IMG/VR virus record: IMGVR_UViG_3300028260_000001
Span: 184,333 to 248,332 of that record
Direction: 5' to 3' (one strand)
DNA length: 64,000 nucleotides
Origin: a virus
Taxonomy: Duplodnaviria > Heunggongvirae > Uroviricota > Caudoviricetes
How positions within the stretch are numbered: the stretch's first letter is position 1; the number at the start of each line of letters is the position of its first letter. The notes under the pieces were generated by a model. It was not told where the DNA came from. It made no database searches and worked only from the letters and a program-made list of their open reading frames with translations. Shown piece by piece: positions 29,657 through 42,852 of this stretch. The translations under genes and the position numbers were made by a program.

Positions 29657-32600
29657 TTAGACTGGAACAGGGTAAGCAGACTTGTTGGCCTGACGACTCT
29701 GTTGCTGGGGCATACTATTGCCCTGGCTCGGAGTGCCCTTACCCACCAGTGTATGCAGTGCCGCCAACATTTGCTTCTGTACTTCAAGTTGTTCTTGTTG
29801 TACAGACATGATAGCAGCGTCCTGTTTAGTGGACTGTTGTACTTGCTGTGCCCGTTGCTGATCGCGTGCAGCTGAAGCTGCTGCCGCGGCATCCGCCACT
29901 GGGTTATTACTCGCGTTAGCCTGACCACTCGAAGGTGCGGCTTCAGCTGGAGCATTAGCGCTAGGAGCCATCACACCCACAGGAGCAGTAGATGCGCCTG
30001 CTGGGGCTTGAGTCGCAGCACTCAGAGCAGTGGACAATGAAGGACCACCAGAACCAGTGTTGGTTGGAGTAGAACCTGTAGCGGAAGGACCACCAGGCAT
30101 TGCCGATACACCAGGAATGAACTTGTCATCCTTCTTGGCTTCGCCCTCTGCTGCTTTCGCTTTAGCAGCGGCTTCCGCTTTCTCAACATCCTCCACTTTC
30201 AACGGAACTGCTGCACCATTGGCAGTACCAGCCGATGCCATTGCACGGAACTTTTCCATACGCTTATCGAACGATGCTTCGATCTGTGCCAGAGTCCGCT
30301 GTTGACCAGACGCCTTGTCTTTAAAGATAGACGGGTTGGCTGCAGCTTCTTTCGGGAACGCGTATGAACCGATGGTGTTCTTAGGCAACTTGAGCCACTT
30401 AACTGCAGTACCAGGACCGAGGAAGTGAGCCAGGTAAAGGTCGATATCAGTCGGGTCCTTACCGGTTGCCTTCTTGATAACGTTCATCGAGTACTTCATG
30501 TACTCCGCACCCATCAGTGCGTTGATCCGTGGATCCAAGCGTAGACGACGACCAACGTCAGCTGGCAAGCCGTACTTCTTGGAATGCTGTTGCAGCATCC
30601 AATCCCACGTCGAGTTGATGAACTGGAACCAACCTGTAGCTGAACCACCTGCACCTGCTTTAATGGTCCAGTCGAAACCAGATTCCATTGCACAGAAGAT
30701 CATCAGGTATTCAACAGGTACACCGACCATCTGGGAAACAACTTCCATGGTCTTCCGAGAACCTTTAGCATCTTTCGATGTAGGCATCGGAACTTGTTCC
30801 CATGAACCGCCATTACCTTCAGACACGTAACCATAGGACTTGCCGGTTACAGCCTCGTATGCAGCCCCATAGGCCGATACAGCGCCAGCAGCAACCGCAC
30901 TACCTGCCGATTGAACTGCGCCACCTACAGTCGATGCAGCGCTACTCAGAGCACTACCCACACGGTCAGCTGCACCACTAACGGCATTAGTAACCGCGTT
31001 GAATGCACCCGACACTTTATCCACTACGCCATCAAAGAACGACTTACCGGATTCAGCATTGGTAGCACCAGCAGCTTGTGCACCTGCCGACAGAGTCGGT
31101 GAGGACAACACAGCAGCAGCTTGTTTCTCGAGATACATCACGTCCCAATCAGCCATCTGCTTCAAGCCTTTCAGATCACCCTTGATAGGGAAGATTGAAG
31201 GAGTAGACCAAACAGATTGTCCATTGGTATTGGTAGAACCCATGACGCCTTTAGCAACACGGACTTGGTCACCCAGTTTCATCTGAGTAGAAGCCATCTC
31301 CGGTTTACCACGATACGTAGAACGAGCCATTGTCAGGAACATTTCAGCAACAGGAATGAAACGATCTGTCAACCAGTTCACAAACTTAACACGGTCAGTA
31401 CCATGGTCGGCTGTGTTCATACCAAACAGTGGACCAGCAGCAACAATGAATTTCTCCATGTCGCCATTAAACTTCACGATGCCGGATTGGTCTGTCTTAG
31501 ACTGAAGGTCCAGACGAGTTTCCATCGCGATCAACGATTCCATTTGGTTCTTGTTCAGTACTTCCATACCGTAGGCACGAGCACGGATAGCATCGAGAGC
31601 AGCCAGTTCTTGAGCAGCAATTGGTTTAGGCATGATACCGTTAGCAACTGCCGAAGCACTTACTGCAACACCAGCAACCTTAGCCATGTTCTGAACTTTC
31701 TGCTGTACGGTTTTAGCTGCCTGGTCTTGAGACTCTTGGTTCTTCTTACCAATAGCCTTAGCCTCTTGAGCAGCCTTAGTAGCAACAGCCGAAGCTGTAG
31801 CAGCTACAACAGCAGCGCCTTTCTCTTTGTTCTCCTTGGCTTCTTCGGAAGGTTCGGTAGCTTTAGGTTTATTACCCGGAAGTGCAGCCTTCTCCTTTTC
31901 AGGATCGATCTTGTACTTCTCAGACAACTCCTTAATGCGTTCCTTAGTTTCCTCGATAGTGTCGTCTAGCGGTTCGTCATCACCGAATGGGTTATCCCGG
32001 CAAGCGAACGGACCACCATCACCGTATTCCATGGTGATCTCTTTGACCAACGTACCTTTCAGTGCATCATCGACTTTCTCTTCGATATCGGTTAACGACA
32101 ACTGAGTCTTGCCGATAGTGTCAATACCTTTCAGCCACTGACAGAACACTGGTTTGAAACGCAAGTCCATCCAACGAGCAAAGCGATGAATAGCAGCTTC
32201 GTCATTCTTATCAAAGCCCATGATATCCAGGATGGCTTTACCACCCGCAGCACCAATGTTCATCTGTGGGGATTGGCCACGTAGAGCGGTTTTCTCCAAC
32301 AGTTGTTCCAGGGCTAGGATCTTGTGACGTTGACGTGTAGACGTGATACCGTACTGTAGCATACGAACCGACATGAACTCGCCTTTAACACCAGCGAAGT
32401 ACTTGTAAGTAAAGTAACTAGCTACACCGACACCACCCACTACAGCTGCACCAATCAACACAGGAGCTGACACGAGAGCAGCCAACGAAGAACCAACCAT
32501 CATTGCCCCACGAGCAGCCATCTGGCCACCAGCTGTCGCCATGAAACGACCACCTTGTGCAGCAGCAAATTTACCTACTCGAGAACCAGCAATCTTACGA

Positions 32601-35600
32601 CCAATGCGACCCAGTCGACCTCTACCACGACGACCTTCACCGCCGCCACCCAACAGATCTTTAGCATCTGCTGCAGTACCCAGTGCGTCTTGAGCTGTGT
32701 CTAACAACCCACCGCCTTCTTCGTCCTCCTCCTGTTCACCTTTCTTCTTGCCACGCATCTTATCCCAGAGTCCACCGAGTGCTGCAGTCATACGACCGAA
32801 CATCCCTTTGGATTCTTTAGACTCATCGTTCTTCCCTGCTGTGGACTTCTTCTCTTCCTGGTCCTTCTCCGCTTTCTCCATCCAGCTACCCTTCCGATTT
32901 TTCTTCGGTACGGTTTCACGAATGGCATCACGGATCTGTACGAGTACTTGATCAGTAGTAGACAGGTTAGCAAGTTGGCGTTTAGAGAAACTACCCATTG
33001 GAGCCAGGATAGTCTTAGCGCCAGCGATGGCATCATTACCGAACTCTTTACCGAGCTGACGGTAATAAGCTTTGGTCATGTTCCAATAGCCTTTAACAGC
33101 GCCACGAACCACACGACGGATCAGACCTTGGTTCTTAGCAATCGAATGCTTCTTACCGTTGGTATCTACGAGGTCTTTGAGTTCCTTCTTATCCAACAAT
33201 GGTTCACCAGTAGTTACATCGAACACTGGACCATTGATATCACCAAAGGACTTAATGACTTTGCCATCAACATCTTGGTACAACCCTTCTTTCAGTTTCT
33301 CAACTGTAAGGACTGGTTTGACTTCACCTGGAAGATAAGCATCACGTTCACCCGTCATTCGAGCAAAGGTGTTACGTGCCAGAGTCCAAGCAAACTTACC
33401 TGCCATCTTCATACCAGCAAACACGTTCTGTGTAGAGTTACCACGCCACAGTTGTTGTGCCAGTTTAGATGCGCGAGCCTTGACGTCCTGCATGTCGTAT
33501 TTCTTACCGTCAACCGAACGCAGACCACGACCCAGTTCTTGAGCAGTAGCCACCAGGTTACCATACCGGTCAGAAATGTTACCTTTGATGTCGTCGAGCG
33601 AGTAGATCGGTTCACCAGATTCTTCATCAATCAAGTTACCTTCTAACAGGTCCTTGGCTTTGATGATAACTTGGTCAGTACCTTCTAAGCACCAGTCTTT
33701 CAGATCGTCAGCTTTCTCTTTAGCAACAGCAGCAGCTTTCGTAGCATGCTGGGAGATAATAGCTTGTACTCGATCCATATGGCCTTTGGCTTTATGGACC
33801 AGTTCACCACGGTCATTATACAACCCGCGAGCAACTTCACCAGCCGAGACTACAACTTGGTTCATCTCGTTACGAACTTCACCAGTAATGTCAGTAACCT
33901 TTTGGATTACCTTACCAGTGTTGACGTCAACCAACTTACCCTGAACAATGTCTTGTGCTTTGATGACTGCATCATTAGCTGCTTCCAGCTTCAGATCCAA
34001 CACACCCATTGCTTCAGACTTCTTGATCTGGTCGATTTTGTCATGGCCCAGAGCCAGAACTTGGTTACCAGCAGCAACTGCCTTTTGTCCTTGTTCTGTA
34101 GCAAGCAGAGCCTGCCCTTTCTCTTTACCCGTTTCGATCGAGTTGATGATCGTCTGTGCTAATTGCAAACGAGCTTCCCGCATAGCAGGAGGTTCTTTGT
34201 CAATGACGTTGTTCAGCAGAGCTTTAGCGAAGTCCAGTTTCTCTTGAGCAGAGAAGTGCTCCATCACCGCTGGAAGACCACCACCTTTAGCTGCATCAAC
34301 TGCAGCGGTAGCAGAATCCTTGAGGTTCTGTACACGTCCTTTAGCAGCAGTAGAACCAGCATCGTACTGATCCCGCATGAACTGCATTGGGTCAGACTTA
34401 AACTGATCCATCAAGTCACGAGCATTACCGAAACCACGCTTAGCTGCATCCTTAGCCCGTTGAGCTTGAGGGCCATCTAAGAATCTAGCAGCTACCGATT
34501 GGGCACGAGCAGAGAACTGACCTGGATATTGTGGACCAACGAAATGAGCCGAAGTGGTATCACCCGAAGCATCATGATAACTAGCACCTGCCCCCGCATG
34601 ACGCATGTTTACGTCAGACGACATCATCTGCCAAAGCATCGGGTAGTTAATCCGGTCTTGGCCTTCGATGGTTTGGACAATACCGAGTTCACGAAGTTCG
34701 TCAGTTTTACCTGCTTCGATCAGTCGATGGATTTCCTGTGCTGGGTCACGTGATACGTTACGGATGTTCAAGAACGAATCGGACATTCGTTTACGCTTTT
34801 CATGGTTAGCTGCAGTATCTGCAAACTTACCTTTCTCATCGCGTTCGAATTGCCCTTTGAAGAAGTCTTCAAGTTCTTGCAGGGTTTCCTTAGAGGTCCC
34901 GTCTTTATACCCGTACTTCGAGCCGTACCGCATTGGATCAAAGCGTTTGTTGGTAGACGCATCACGCAACAGTCGTTCAGACAATGCCCGACGTGCACCA
35001 GTCGACAGCTTGTTATCCGCATCGATAGTATCGAGGGTTTCAGAGATCTGACCCGATACCATCCGAGTGGTACCTTTCGATACGATTCGGTCTTTCTGGT
35101 TAGCCAACGATTCCTTAGAAGTAGTGAACACACCTTTGGTGATATCGAACACTTCCATTGCTACGTTTTCATTACCTGTACGCAACATGCGCAGTTCACG
35201 TAAGATACGAGCTTGGAATCCTGGGAGGATCTCAGTCAACGAACGCTGGGTAAGTTGGTTGAAGACTTGATGCTGGCCAATTGTTTGATAGTTACTCGCC
35301 TTAGTTGCGGTATCCAAACCAAACTGCGGAACAAACGGACGGAGCATGTCTTGCAACACGCCCTTGGCACCATAAGAGTTCTGGTAGTTGTTCACGTATT
35401 CCTGCATAAAGGCAGGAACGTTATCCAGTGCATAACCGACTTGGTTGTGTTTACCACGACCATGTTTGTTAGACATCCGAGTAAGGGCAGGGCGAGCCAT
35501 ACGACCTAGAATCGGAGCAACTGTATTGCGTGCTAGACCATGAACGCCATCTGCTGCTAAGTTACCAGCCAGCATGTATCGTTGGTCCCAGAAGTCAGAC

Positions 35601-36661
35601 ATCGACTCACCGGTTTGTAGACCTTGTACGATACCACTCAGTGCACTTGAAGCACGACTGTTCACACGGCCCTGTGCTGTAGCCCCGTAGTTACCCAAGA
35701 ACCCAGACAACGTTCGACCAGCCATCGAAGTACCAGCGGTGGCAATGCCTTGCCGCATGTTCATCGACATCAGGTCTTTCATTGAAGACTTGAGGTGATC
35801 GGGTAATCCAGTGTTACGGACCAATGCTTGGAAAGCTTTGTTCTGCATCTCCAGCTGTGCTTCTGCCAGCTTGGACATGTCACGCAATGCTTGATAAGAA
35901 CGGAACTGCAGTTCTAAGCCTTTGCGTTTGAAATCGTAATCGACCTGTTCAGCGTAACTAGCCATGCGAGTCAATGAATCGACTGCCTGTGCAAGCCCAC
36001 GTGCTACGGTCTGATGGTGTTTGTTATCGACCTGGTCTCTTAGGCCACGTTCGATACGATCAAGGTCCCATCGCTTCTGATCGGCTTCCTGACCCATGTT
36101 GAACAAACTACGTTGAACAACTGTACCTTGGTCAACAGCACTACGGAGATCATCACCCAAACCTTGTTTGATCGTTTCTTCGTCTTGGGCACGCTGACGA
36201 CGAATGGCTAATTTAGCCTGATCTTGGTTTGCTTCGATTTGGTATTTGTACTGGTCAGCCTTATTGGATAGAGCCGTGTTGATCCGATCATACGTACTAT
36301 CCGACATCTTTCCTTTTAAGGAAGGCAGGAATGACTCAGCACGTTTGAAAAGATATTGCAGATCACCAGGGTTTGTTTTCTCCAGGTGATCCTTTACGGA
36401 TACTACCGAATCCTTCATTTGGTCATAAGCGCCGAACAAGCGGTCATAACCCTTAGGGACGCCGTTAGTTAGAAACGACTTCAGAAGACTTTTATTTTTG
36501 CCTTTATCCAGGATGCCGTCTTTGAATCCAGCCATGAACTCTTGGACAGGAGATTTCTTTTTCCCGCCAATGTCATCATCAAAGAAGCTATCAAAGTCAT
36601 CATCAAAATCAAATGCTGACTTATTACCGGCATCCGCCAATTTTGTTTTATTGCTTGCCAT
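29657..36661 (-). CDS. giant tail protein with C-terminal lytic transglycosylase (phiKZ gp181-like, tape-measure/cell-puncturing)
   Basis: 2334 aa; SLT motifs [27 protein letters not shown]; hydrophobic membrane segment; divergent from vRNAP beta'. Confidence 0.9.
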   Translation of the reverse strand: MASNKTKLADAGNKSAFDFDDDFDSFFDDDIGGKKKSPVQEFMAGFKDGILDKGKNKSLLKSFLTNGVPKGYDRLFGAYDQMKDSVVSVKDHLEKTNPGDLQYLFKRAESFLPSLKGKMSDSTYDRINTALSNKADQYKYQIEANQDQAKLAIRRQRAQDEETIKQGLGDDLRSAVDQGTVVQRSLFNMGQEADQKRWDLDRIERGLRDQVDNKHHQTVARGLAQAVDSLTRMASYAEQVDYDFKRKGLELQFRSYQALRDMSKLAEAQLEMQNKAFQALVRNTGLPDHLKSSMKDLMSMNMRQGIATAGTSMAGRTLSGFLGNYGATAQGRVNSRASSALSGIVQGLQTGESMSDFWDQRYMLAGNLAADGVHGLARNTVAPILGRMARPALTRMSNKHGRGKHNQVGYALDNVPAFMQEYVNNYQNSYGAKGVLQDMLRPFVPQFGLDTATKASNYQTIGQHQVFNQLTQRSLTEILPGFQARILRELRMLRTGNENVAMEVFDITKGVFTTSKESLANQKDRIVSKGTTRMVSGQISETLDTIDADNKLSTGARRALSERLLRDASTNKRFDPMRYGSKYGYKDGTSKETLQELEDFFKGQFERDEKGKFADTAANHEKRKRMSDSFLNIRNVSRDPAQEIHRLIEAGKTDELRELGIVQTIEGQDRINYPMLWQMMSSDVNMRHAGAGASYHDASGDTTSAHFVGPQYPGQFSARAQSVAARFLDGPQAQRAKDAAKRGFGNARDLMDQFKSDPMQFMRDQYDAGSTAAKGRVQNLKDSATAAVDAAKGGGLPAVMEHFSAQEKLDFAKALLNNVIDKEPPAMREARLQLAQTIINSIETGKEKGQALLATEQGQKAVAAGNQVLALGHDKIDQIKKSEAMGVLDLKLEAANDAVIKAQDIVQGKLVDVNTGKVIQKVTDITGEVRNEMNQVVVSAGEVARGLYNDRGELVHKAKGHMDRVQAIISQHATKAAAVAKEKADDLKDWCLEGTDQVIIKAKDLLEGNLIDEESGEPIYSLDDIKGNISDRYGNLVATAQELGRGLRSVDGKKYDMQDVKARASKLAQQLWRGNSTQNVFAGMKMAGKFAWTLARNTFARMTGERDAYLPGEVKPVLTVEKLKEGLYQDVDGKVIKSFGDINGPVFDVTTGEPLLDKKELKDLVDTNGKKHSIAKNQGLIRRVVRGAVKGYWNMTKAYYRQLGKEFGNDAIAGAKTILAPMGSFSKRQLANLSTTDQVLVQIRDAIRETVPKKNRKGSWMEKAEKDQEEKKSTAGKNDESKESKGMFGRMTAALGGLWDKMRGKKKGEQEEDEEGGGLLDTAQDALGTAADAKDLLGGGGEGRRGRGRLGRIGRKIAGSRVGKFAAAQGGRFMATAGGQMAARGAMMVGSSLAALVSAPVLIGAAVVGGVGVASYFTYKYFAGVKGEFMSVRMLQYGITSTRQRHKILALEQLLEKTALRGQSPQMNIGAAGGKAILDIMGFDKNDEAAIHRFARWMDLRFKPVFCQWLKGIDTIGKTQLSLTDIEEKVDDALKGTLVKEITMEYGDGGPFACRDNPFGDDEPLDDTIEETKERIKELSEKYKIDPEKEKAALPGNKPKATEPSEEAKENKEKGAAVVAATASAVATKAAQEAKAIGKKNQESQDQAAKTVQQKVQNMAKVAGVAVSASAVANGIMPKPIAAQELAALDAIRARAYGMEVLNKNQMESLIAMETRLDLQSKTDQSGIVKFNGDMEKFIVAAGPLFGMNTADHGTDRVKFVNWLTDRFIPVAEMFLTMARSTYRGKPEMASTQMKLGDQVRVAKGVMGSTNTNGQSVWSTPSIFPIKGDLKGLKQMADWDVMYLEKQAAAVLSSPTLSAGAQAAGATNAESGKSFFDGVVDKVSGAFNAVTNAVSGAADRVGSALSSAASTVGGAVQSAGSAVAAGAVSAYGAAYEAVTGKSYGYVSEGNGGSWEQVPMPTSKDAKGSRKTMEVVSQMVGVPVEYLMIFCAMESGFDWTIKAGAGGSATGWFQFINSTWDWMLQQHSKKYGLPADVGRRLRLDPRINALMGAEYMKYSMNVIKKATGKDPTDIDLYLAHFLGPGTAVKWLKLPKNTIGSYAFPKEAAANPSIFKDKASGQQRTLAQIEASFDKRMEKFRAMASAGTANGAAVPLKVEDVEKAEAAAKAKAAEGEAKKDDKFIPGVSAMPGGPSATGSTPTNTGSGGPSLSTALSAATQAPAGASTAPVGVMAPSANAPAEAAPSSGQANASNNPVADAAAAASAARDQQRAQQVQQSTKQDAAIMSVQQEQLEVQKQMLAALHTLVGKGTPSQGNSMPQQQSRQANKSAYPVPV

Positions 36662-36714
36662 GGTTGTACTCCAGACATGAACTTCATATCGTTAACCCCA
36701 AAAGGACCCCAAAG

Positions 36715-38367
36715 ATGAAAAAGGCCCTATTACCTTTCAATATCTCACTACTCGTACCCGACAGAGATTTACTCGGTCGTATCGGTCGCGTTAAGTCTCA
36801 TGAAATCTTCGTAGGCAATGGTGGCAACTTCCATGAAGAAGGTTTGTTCTCCGTTTCTATTTTTGGACGGGTGGGTAGCCAAGAACGTGAAAGTAACTTC
36901 GGTTACATCAAGTTGGGTCTTCCTGTAATCCATCCCTTGGTTTACCGTAACATCCTGAAGTTGAAAGGCTTCTATGAGGACATCATCCTCGGTCGTCAAT
37001 ATGCCGTGTATGACGAAGAAACAAAAGACTTCGTTAAAGCGTCAGAACTCGATGGCCAAACAGGCTATACCTTTTTCTTTGACAATTGGAAGCGCGTTGA
37101 GTTCAAAGAAACTGATTCGGACATTCGTCGTGTTCGACTGAAGCTTGTAAATGAAAACCGTGATCGCTCTGAACTAAGTGCAATGCTGGTAATCCCAGCC
37201 GCTTATCGTGAAGCAGAACCTAACCCTGATGGTCGAATTGAATATGACGAAATCAACGATGTATACCGCGTCTTGCTCCAGCAGTCTACAGGTATCCCCG
37301 AACATTTTGGTCCTAATGCCGACCTTTCGATGTATGACAAGCGTCGCGTCGCTATGCAACTTCGTGTACAGGAAATCTACGACCACTACGAGAAACTAAT
37401 CTCGGGTAAGTCTGGTTACGTACAATCGAAGTGGGCATCCCGTCGAGTATTCAACGGCACACGTAACGTTATTTCTTCGATGGATACTAACGCAGCTGAC
37501 TTGGGTGAACCTAACCGTCCTAAGTTTAAAGACTGTGTGATTGGTATTCACCAAGCTAGCCGTGGTGCAGCTCCTAAGACTATCTACGGTCTACGGAACT
37601 CTGTCGTGGGCGAGATCTTTGAAACCATGTCTAACCGGGTTGAACTGGTTAACAAGAAGACGTTGGTTAAAGAATGGGTAGACGTGTCGGTTGACGATAT
37701 GGACACATGGTCTACGCCACAAGGCTTGGAACGTGTAATGAACGAACTCGAGGTTATCGACAAGCGTTCACGCGCCGTAGAGATCGCTGGACATTATCTG
37801 GCACTCGTCTATCTCGATGACAAAAAGAACTATCGGATCATCCGTGACATCAATGAGATCCCACCAGGCTTTGACCAGAAGTGGGCTCGACCAATCACGT
37901 ACTCAGAACTCGTATACCTCAGCGGTTTAGATATGTGGTATAAACTGCGTGGATTCGTAACTCGTTACCCCGTAGAGAACTACAACAGTTCTATTCCAGT
38001 CTCTATCTACGTCAAGACCACAGTTACTGGTGAACTGCGTTACCCACTCGGTCCAGATTTCAAACGAGATCCACATGGACCTGTAGCGTTGGAATACCCA
38101 ATGCTGGAAGTAGGTAAGACAGCCCAATGGCACGACTCTACTTCGGTATCGCCAACTATCCTTTCGCCACTCGGCGCTGACTTCGACGGTGACACCGTAT
38201 CGGTTAACATCGTTTACTCGAAAGAATCGCTTGAGGAAATGGATAAGTTCTTCCGCTCCCGTATTGCATATATCGATGCTACTGGCGGACTGGCATTCAG
38301 TTCTACTATCCACACTGTGAACCTCGTACTCCGGTATATGACTGGCGATCCAAAACCAAGGACTTAA
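36715..38367 (+). CDS. virion RNA polymerase beta' subunit fragment (phiKZ gp180-like)
   Basis: Catalytic GADFDGD, GLFS..IFG, FGYIKL; start trimmed to MKKALL at 36715. Confidence 0.92.
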   Translation: MKKALLPFNISLLVPDRDLLGRIGRVKSHEIFVGNGGNFHEEGLFSVSIFGRVGSQERESNFGYIKLGLPVIHPLVYRNILKLKGFYEDIILGRQYAVYDEETKDFVKASELDGQTGYTFFFDNWKRVEFKETDSDIRRVRLKLVNENRDRSELSAMLVIPAAYREAEPNPDGRIEYDEINDVYRVLLQQSTGIPEHFGPNADLSMYDKRRVAMQLRVQEIYDHYEKLISGKSGYVQSKWASRRVFNGTRNVISSMDTNAADLGEPNRPKFKDCVIGIHQASRGAAPKTIYGLRNSVVGEIFETMSNRVELVNKKTLVKEWVDVSVDDMDTWSTPQGLERVMNELEVIDKRSRAVEIAGHYLALVYLDDKKNYRIIRDINEIPPGFDQKWARPITYSELVYLSGLDMWYKLRGFVTRYPVENYNSSIPVSIYVKTTVTGELRYPLGPDFKRDPHGPVALEYPMLEVGKTAQWHDSTSVSPTILSPLGADFDGDTVSVNIVYSKESLEEMDKFFRSRIAYIDATGGLAFSSTIHTVNLVLRYMTGDPKPRT

Positions 38368-38370
38368 TCA

Positions 38371-41300
38371 ATGCGCTTACAGATCGAACAATTTCGGAAG
38401 CAGTATACTGTTTTCGAACAAGGTAAACTTCAACAACCCAAGCTGCATCTGCTGAACAAGTTCCATCTCCCACAGAGATCGATCGTTCACTTCTCTGATC
38501 CTAACTCGGCGGTCCGCGGACCGTCGCAGTCCGATCCGATGTTCAACAAGGCCACAGGTAAAGTGTACATCGAACATGTACTCAACCTCGTGTCCTTGGA
38601 GGGCAACCCACGTAAGTCTGCGCTGACTGGTAACAAGCTACAAGCTGAGTTCCGTCAGCATCATGCATTCTTCAAACCACTGACTAAAGATGAGGCGTTG
38701 GCTATCAACCCTCTCAACATCATGGTGTTCAACTATAACCTGTTGGACCCACAGTGGATCTACCAGCCTAACTTCAAAGCACAGTACATGCGTTGGTGTA
38801 ACAACCAGCGTACGTTCTGGCAAAACGTAGCGGCTTCGCATCGTCGCTTTGGTTGGGAACAGTTCGTAGAAATCCACCTGCCTGAGAACATGCCAGATCT
38901 GGCTTCGTTCAAACGCATGGCGGATAACCAGAACCAAACCATGCTGGACATCTTTACCACACCACAACAGTTCTCTATCTGGGACCTGTATCGTTGGTTG
39001 GGTCCAATGCGTGAACAATCGATGATGTCGGTTGTGCAACCAGAGATGTATTCGAAAGTATGGTTCTTGATCCGTGCTCGTGACCGGTTCGTTGTACTGA
39101 ACATGGGTGCTCTGGACGAATGGCGTGACGGTTCCAAAGACGCAGCTATCTCGGTAGAACAATTCCTGCAAGACTTCGGTCGTGATGCATTCAATGTAAG
39201 TCAGGAAAGTGTTTGTGCTGGTGAAGAGTTCGCCTTTAACCACATCCAACAAGTCATGCAAGATTACGGTCTGCATAACCAAGTGGCTTTGGAGTCGTTC
39301 ATTAATACGCTGGGTATGGAAGCATTCTTCCCTCCAGCAGTAATGCAACGCCGTGTGTTGTCTCTGTTGACTGCATTGACTGAGTACAGTCATCAGGCTG
39401 AAGCTCTGTCTAACGTTATCGATCACTCGAATCTGGTTGACGTTGTAGACGAGGATAAAGAGGAAAAGAAAGATGTCGAGGAAGAAGACGAAGCCGAGTA
39501 CAACGACAGTGGTGATGAGACCGAGAATGGTTCGGTCGACAGTGCACAATCCGAAGACTCGCTCGACCTCCCAGCCTTTAGTATCCCTAGTCTCGATTTC
39601 TCCGAAGATGGAGCAACTTATAACCCGCCGGATGCAGAGCTCTTCACAACGAAGCTCCAGATTGAAAGTGATCCTGAACTGGTTAATCGGCCACGGGAGC
39701 TTAAGGTCGAAACTCAACGCGTGGATGCCATCCCTCCAGAAGTGGCTGAAGCAGTCCCGCTAGTTGCTGGGGTTGCTCAACCTGCTTACGATTTGTACAA
39801 GCTCGGTATCATTGCTCCACGTACGTTCGAACAAGCTGTACAAGATGCGCAGTCGTTCAAGACAATCAAAGATCCATTCGGTACTGGGTTGTCTATGGAA
39901 GAAGCCATGGAGTATAAGCAAGAAGACTACGTGTTGCCTGCCGATACTCAACTGGCTGACTCGGATACCATTCTCGATAAGTCGATGTTGGGTTCTAAGC
40001 TGAAAGCAATGCAACGCAAGTATCAGTCTACACTGCGGAACAAAGACTTGATGCAAGCGGTGTTGTCGGTACAGAAGCAAGGTACAGCGGTAACGAACTA
40101 CGAAGTGGAAGAAGTGCGTAACGCAATGAACCACTACGAGATCCACAAAGTTACCCTGAAGCCTATTCGTGGTAAACCTGGTACTGTGTACTTCCGTATC
40201 CCAGTTGTCGATCGTGATGGTCGGTATATGTCGAACGGTGTTACTTACCGGATGCGTATGCAACGTGCTGACTTGCCTATCCGTAAGGTGAAGCCTGATG
40301 CCGTAGCAATGACGTCGTATTACAACAAAACGTTTGTAACGCGTTCACATTTGGCTGCACACAACTACGATGCTTGGATCACTCGTCAAATCCGTGAACG
40401 TGCTCTGGATCCAGAAGACGATCGGGTTACTGGTGTACTCTACGCAGAGCTTGACCAATCGGCTTATGCACTGCCACGAGTTTATACTCAGCTCGGTTCT
40501 GCATTCCGTGGTTTCACTTCGGGTCCATTGTTCCTATACTTCAAGTTCGACGATCATGTTGAATACTTCCAAACCAAGTACAAGATCGATGCAACTAAAC
40601 ACGAAACCAATAAGCTTACGCTTGTAGGTGTTCACAATGACAAGCTGCCGGTATTGGTAGACAAGGTTGGTCAGTTCTATGTTAAGGACAATGACAATCT
40701 TGAGCCACTCGGTTCGATTGTAGAACTGCTCGGCTTGGATCAGTCTAAGGCTCCACTCGAAGCTGCCTTCATGAACGTTGGTTCGAAAGAACTGCCGTTG
40801 GCATTTGTGTTGGGTTACAAGTACGGTCTGACTGCAACACTGAAACGACTGAACGCTAAGTTCACACGACACCATCGTGGTGAGCGTATCCCGTTGACTG
40901 CTGACAACTACGTATTGGCTTTCCAAGACGAAGTGTTGGTATTCGATCGTAGTGACTATCGCACACAGCTCGTACTCGGGGGCATGCGTAAGTATGCTAA
41001 GCTGATGCCTAACTTCTCGATCTATGACTTTGACAAGCCTGACGTGTATCAACGTCTGTTGCTGGAAACGGGTATGACTGCTCGCTTCACCAAAGAGATC
41101 GATGCATTGTTCTCTGCATGGGTTGACCCGATTACTGAAGGTCTCCTGAAACAGATGGGTGAACCTACTACGTTTGATGGCTTGCTGTATCGAGCTGTAG
41201 ACATGCTGCTGATCGATTGGTCGCCTTCCGAGGTAGATGGTGCTTTCATGCGCTATCGTGGCTATGAGCGTATGGCAGGGGCTGTATACAACGAACTGAA

Positions 41301-42852
41301 CAAAGCCGTTAAGCGTTTCAACAATGCTACTGGTTCTGCTGCTGTTCAAGTACAGATGGACCCATCGGTTGTATGGAAGAAGATCGCTCAAGATCCTACC
41401 GTGATGGTTGTGGAAGACTCTAACCCACTGGCTAACATCCGTGAACAAGAGTCCATGACTTATCGTGGTGATGGTGGTCGTTCTACTACCTCGATGGTTG
41501 CACGTACGCGGGTGTATGGTCAGGCTGACGTTGGTGTGGTATCGGAATCTACCGTTGACTCCGGTGACGTAGGTGTAATTGCTTACTTGACTCCAGATGC
41601 TAACTTCGATTCGATGCGTGGCACTACTCGTCCATTCGATCCTACCAAAGATGGTCCTGCTCGACAACTGTCGACATGTGCACTGTTGGGTGTGGCTACG
41701 ACTAACGACGACACCAAGCGTATTAACTTTATCTCGATTCAGCAACAACAAGGGATTTATGCTGATGGATATGAACCCACTCCACTACGTACAGGCTACG
41801 AGCAAATTGTTGCTCAGCGGACTAGCTCAATCTTTGCTTCTGCGGCGGAAGACGACGGTAAGGTCATTGCCGTTGATGAGTATGGGATTACTGTCGAGTA
41901 CGCTAATGGTGAAACTACGTCGTACCAAATGGGCAAGATCCACGGATCAGCTGCAGGTACCCACTACCCACACTCCATCATCTCCGACCTGAAGGTTGGT
42001 GAGACTTTCAAACGTGGGCAAACCCTGGCGTACAACGAGAAGTACTTCACACCAGATCGCATGACTCCTGGTCAGGTAATTTGGAAAGCTGGCATCAATA
42101 CTGTTGTTGCTTTCAGTGACAACTTGGATACCCTAGAAGACGGATCAGTTATTTCCGAACGCTGTGCTATTAAAATGAACACTCAGACTACCAAGATCAA
42201 ATCGATCGGGGTTAAGTTCGAGCAAGCCATCGAAAACATGGTTAAAGTCGGCGATCACGTGGACTTGGATTCAATTCTATGTACGATTAAAGACCCCGAC
42301 TCGGGTGGTGGCTCAGTGTTTGACGAAGTATCGCGTGAAACTCTCGCGAAGCTGTCTAACTATTCCCCTCGTGCGAAGGTCGTTGGCGTAGTGTCTAAGA
42401 TCGAAGTCTTCTATCACGGTGATCGTGATGAGATGTCGGATTCGCTACGTAAGATCGCTTATGAATCGGATAAGGTTCGTGAGGCTGAAGCTAAGTCTCG
42501 TGGACAACAGTTCTTCAGTGGTGAAGTCGATCATGAATACCGTGTACGCGGTAATGGTCTTGAACCACAGTCTCTGATTATCAACGTTTACATCGATCAC
42601 GATATCCCTTGTGGTGTTGGTGACAAAGGTGTAGTTGCTAACCAGATGAAGACTGTATTCTCCCGAGTCATGCGCGGTACTAACCAAACTAAATCTGGTT
42701 TGGATATCGACTTGATCTTCGGTAACACATCCGTAGAAGAGCGGATGGTACTGAGTCCTAAACTGATCGGAACCACAACTATTCTTCTTGCTGAATTGTC
42801 CAAGCACCTGGTAGGTGTCTACAGAGGAACCGCAAATGCAAAATCTAAGTAA
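38371..42852 (+). CDS. virion RNA polymerase beta subunit fragment (phiKZ gp178-like)
   Basis: ESTVDSGDVG, NFISIQ, EDGSVIS, GDKGVVANQMK, D.IF RpoB-like motifs; acidic N-terminal region. Confidence 0.92.
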   Translation: MRLQIEQFRKQYTVFEQGKLQQPKLHLLNKFHLPQRSIVHFSDPNSAVRGPSQSDPMFNKATGKVYIEHVLNLVSLEGNPRKSALTGNKLQAEFRQHHAFFKPLTKDEALAINPLNIMVFNYNLLDPQWIYQPNFKAQYMRWCNNQRTFWQNVAASHRRFGWEQFVEIHLPENMPDLASFKRMADNQNQTMLDIFTTPQQFSIWDLYRWLGPMREQSMMSVVQPEMYSKVWFLIRARDRFVVLNMGALDEWRDGSKDAAISVEQFLQDFGRDAFNVSQESVCAGEEFAFNHIQQVMQDYGLHNQVALESFINTLGMEAFFPPAVMQRRVLSLLTALTEYSHQAEALSNVIDHSNLVDVVDEDKEEKKDVEEEDEAEYNDSGDETENGSVDSAQSEDSLDLPAFSIPSLDFSEDGATYNPPDAELFTTKLQIESDPELVNRPRELKVETQRVDAIPPEVAEAVPLVAGVAQPAYDLYKLGIIAPRTFEQAVQDAQSFKTIKDPFGTGLSMEEAMEYKQEDYVLPADTQLADSDTILDKSMLGSKLKAMQRKYQSTLRNKDLMQAVLSVQKQGTAVTNYEVEEVRNAMNHYEIHKVTLKPIRGKPGTVYFRIPVVDRDGRYMSNGVTYRMRMQRADLPIRKVKPDAVAMTSYYNKTFVTRSHLAAHNYDAWITRQIRERALDPEDDRVTGVLYAELDQSAYALPRVYTQLGSAFRGFTSGPLFLYFKFDDHVEYFQTKYKIDATKHETNKLTLVGVHNDKLPVLVDKVGQFYVKDNDNLEPLGSIVELLGLDQSKAPLEAAFMNVGSKELPLAFVLGYKYGLTATLKRLNAKFTRHHRGERIPLTADNYVLAFQDEVLVFDRSDYRTQLVLGGMRKYAKLMPNFSIYDFDKPDVYQRLLLETGMTARFTKEIDALFSAWVDPITEGLLKQMGEPTTFDGLLYRAVDMLLIDWSPSEVDGAFMRYRGYERMAGAVYNELNKAVKRFNNATGSAAVQVQMDPSVVWKKIAQDPTVMVVEDSNPLANIREQESMTYRGDGGRSTTSMVARTRVYGQADVGVVSESTVDSGDVGVIAYLTPDANFDSMRGTTRPFDPTKDGPARQLSTCALLGVATTNDDTKRINFISIQQQQGIYADGYEPTPLRTGYEQIVAQRTSSIFASAAEDDGKVIAVDEYGITVEYANGETTSYQMGKIHGSAAGTHYPHSIISDLKVGETFKRGQTLAYNEKYFTPDRMTPGQVIWKAGINTVVAFSDNLDTLEDGSVISERCAIKMNTQTTKIKSIGVKFEQAIENMVKVGDHVDLDSILCTIKDPDSGGGSVFDEVSRETLAKLSNYSPRAKVVGVVSKIEVFYHGDRDEMSDSLRKIAYESDKVREAEAKSRGQQFFSGEVDHEYRVRGNGLEPQSLIINVYIDHDIPCGVGDKGVVANQMKTVFSRVMRGTNQTKSGLDIDLIFGNTSVEERMVLSPKLIGTTTILLAELSKHLVGVYRGTANAKSK

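Noticed and set aside
29608-29955. N-terminal extension of the 775 aa ORF
   Set aside because: Overlaps the gp181-like gene in another frame and crosses the terminator at 29632; the real start is 29607
36613-36714. N-terminal extension of vRNAP beta'
   Set aside because: Overlaps the divergent gene start; ATG 36715 has an AAGGA SD
36715-42852. Introns, inteins or an intervening HNH gene in the vRNAP genes
   Set aside because: Both ORFs are continuous and of expected size, only 3 nt separate them, and no intein Cys/His-Asn ends or LAGLIDADG motifs were seen
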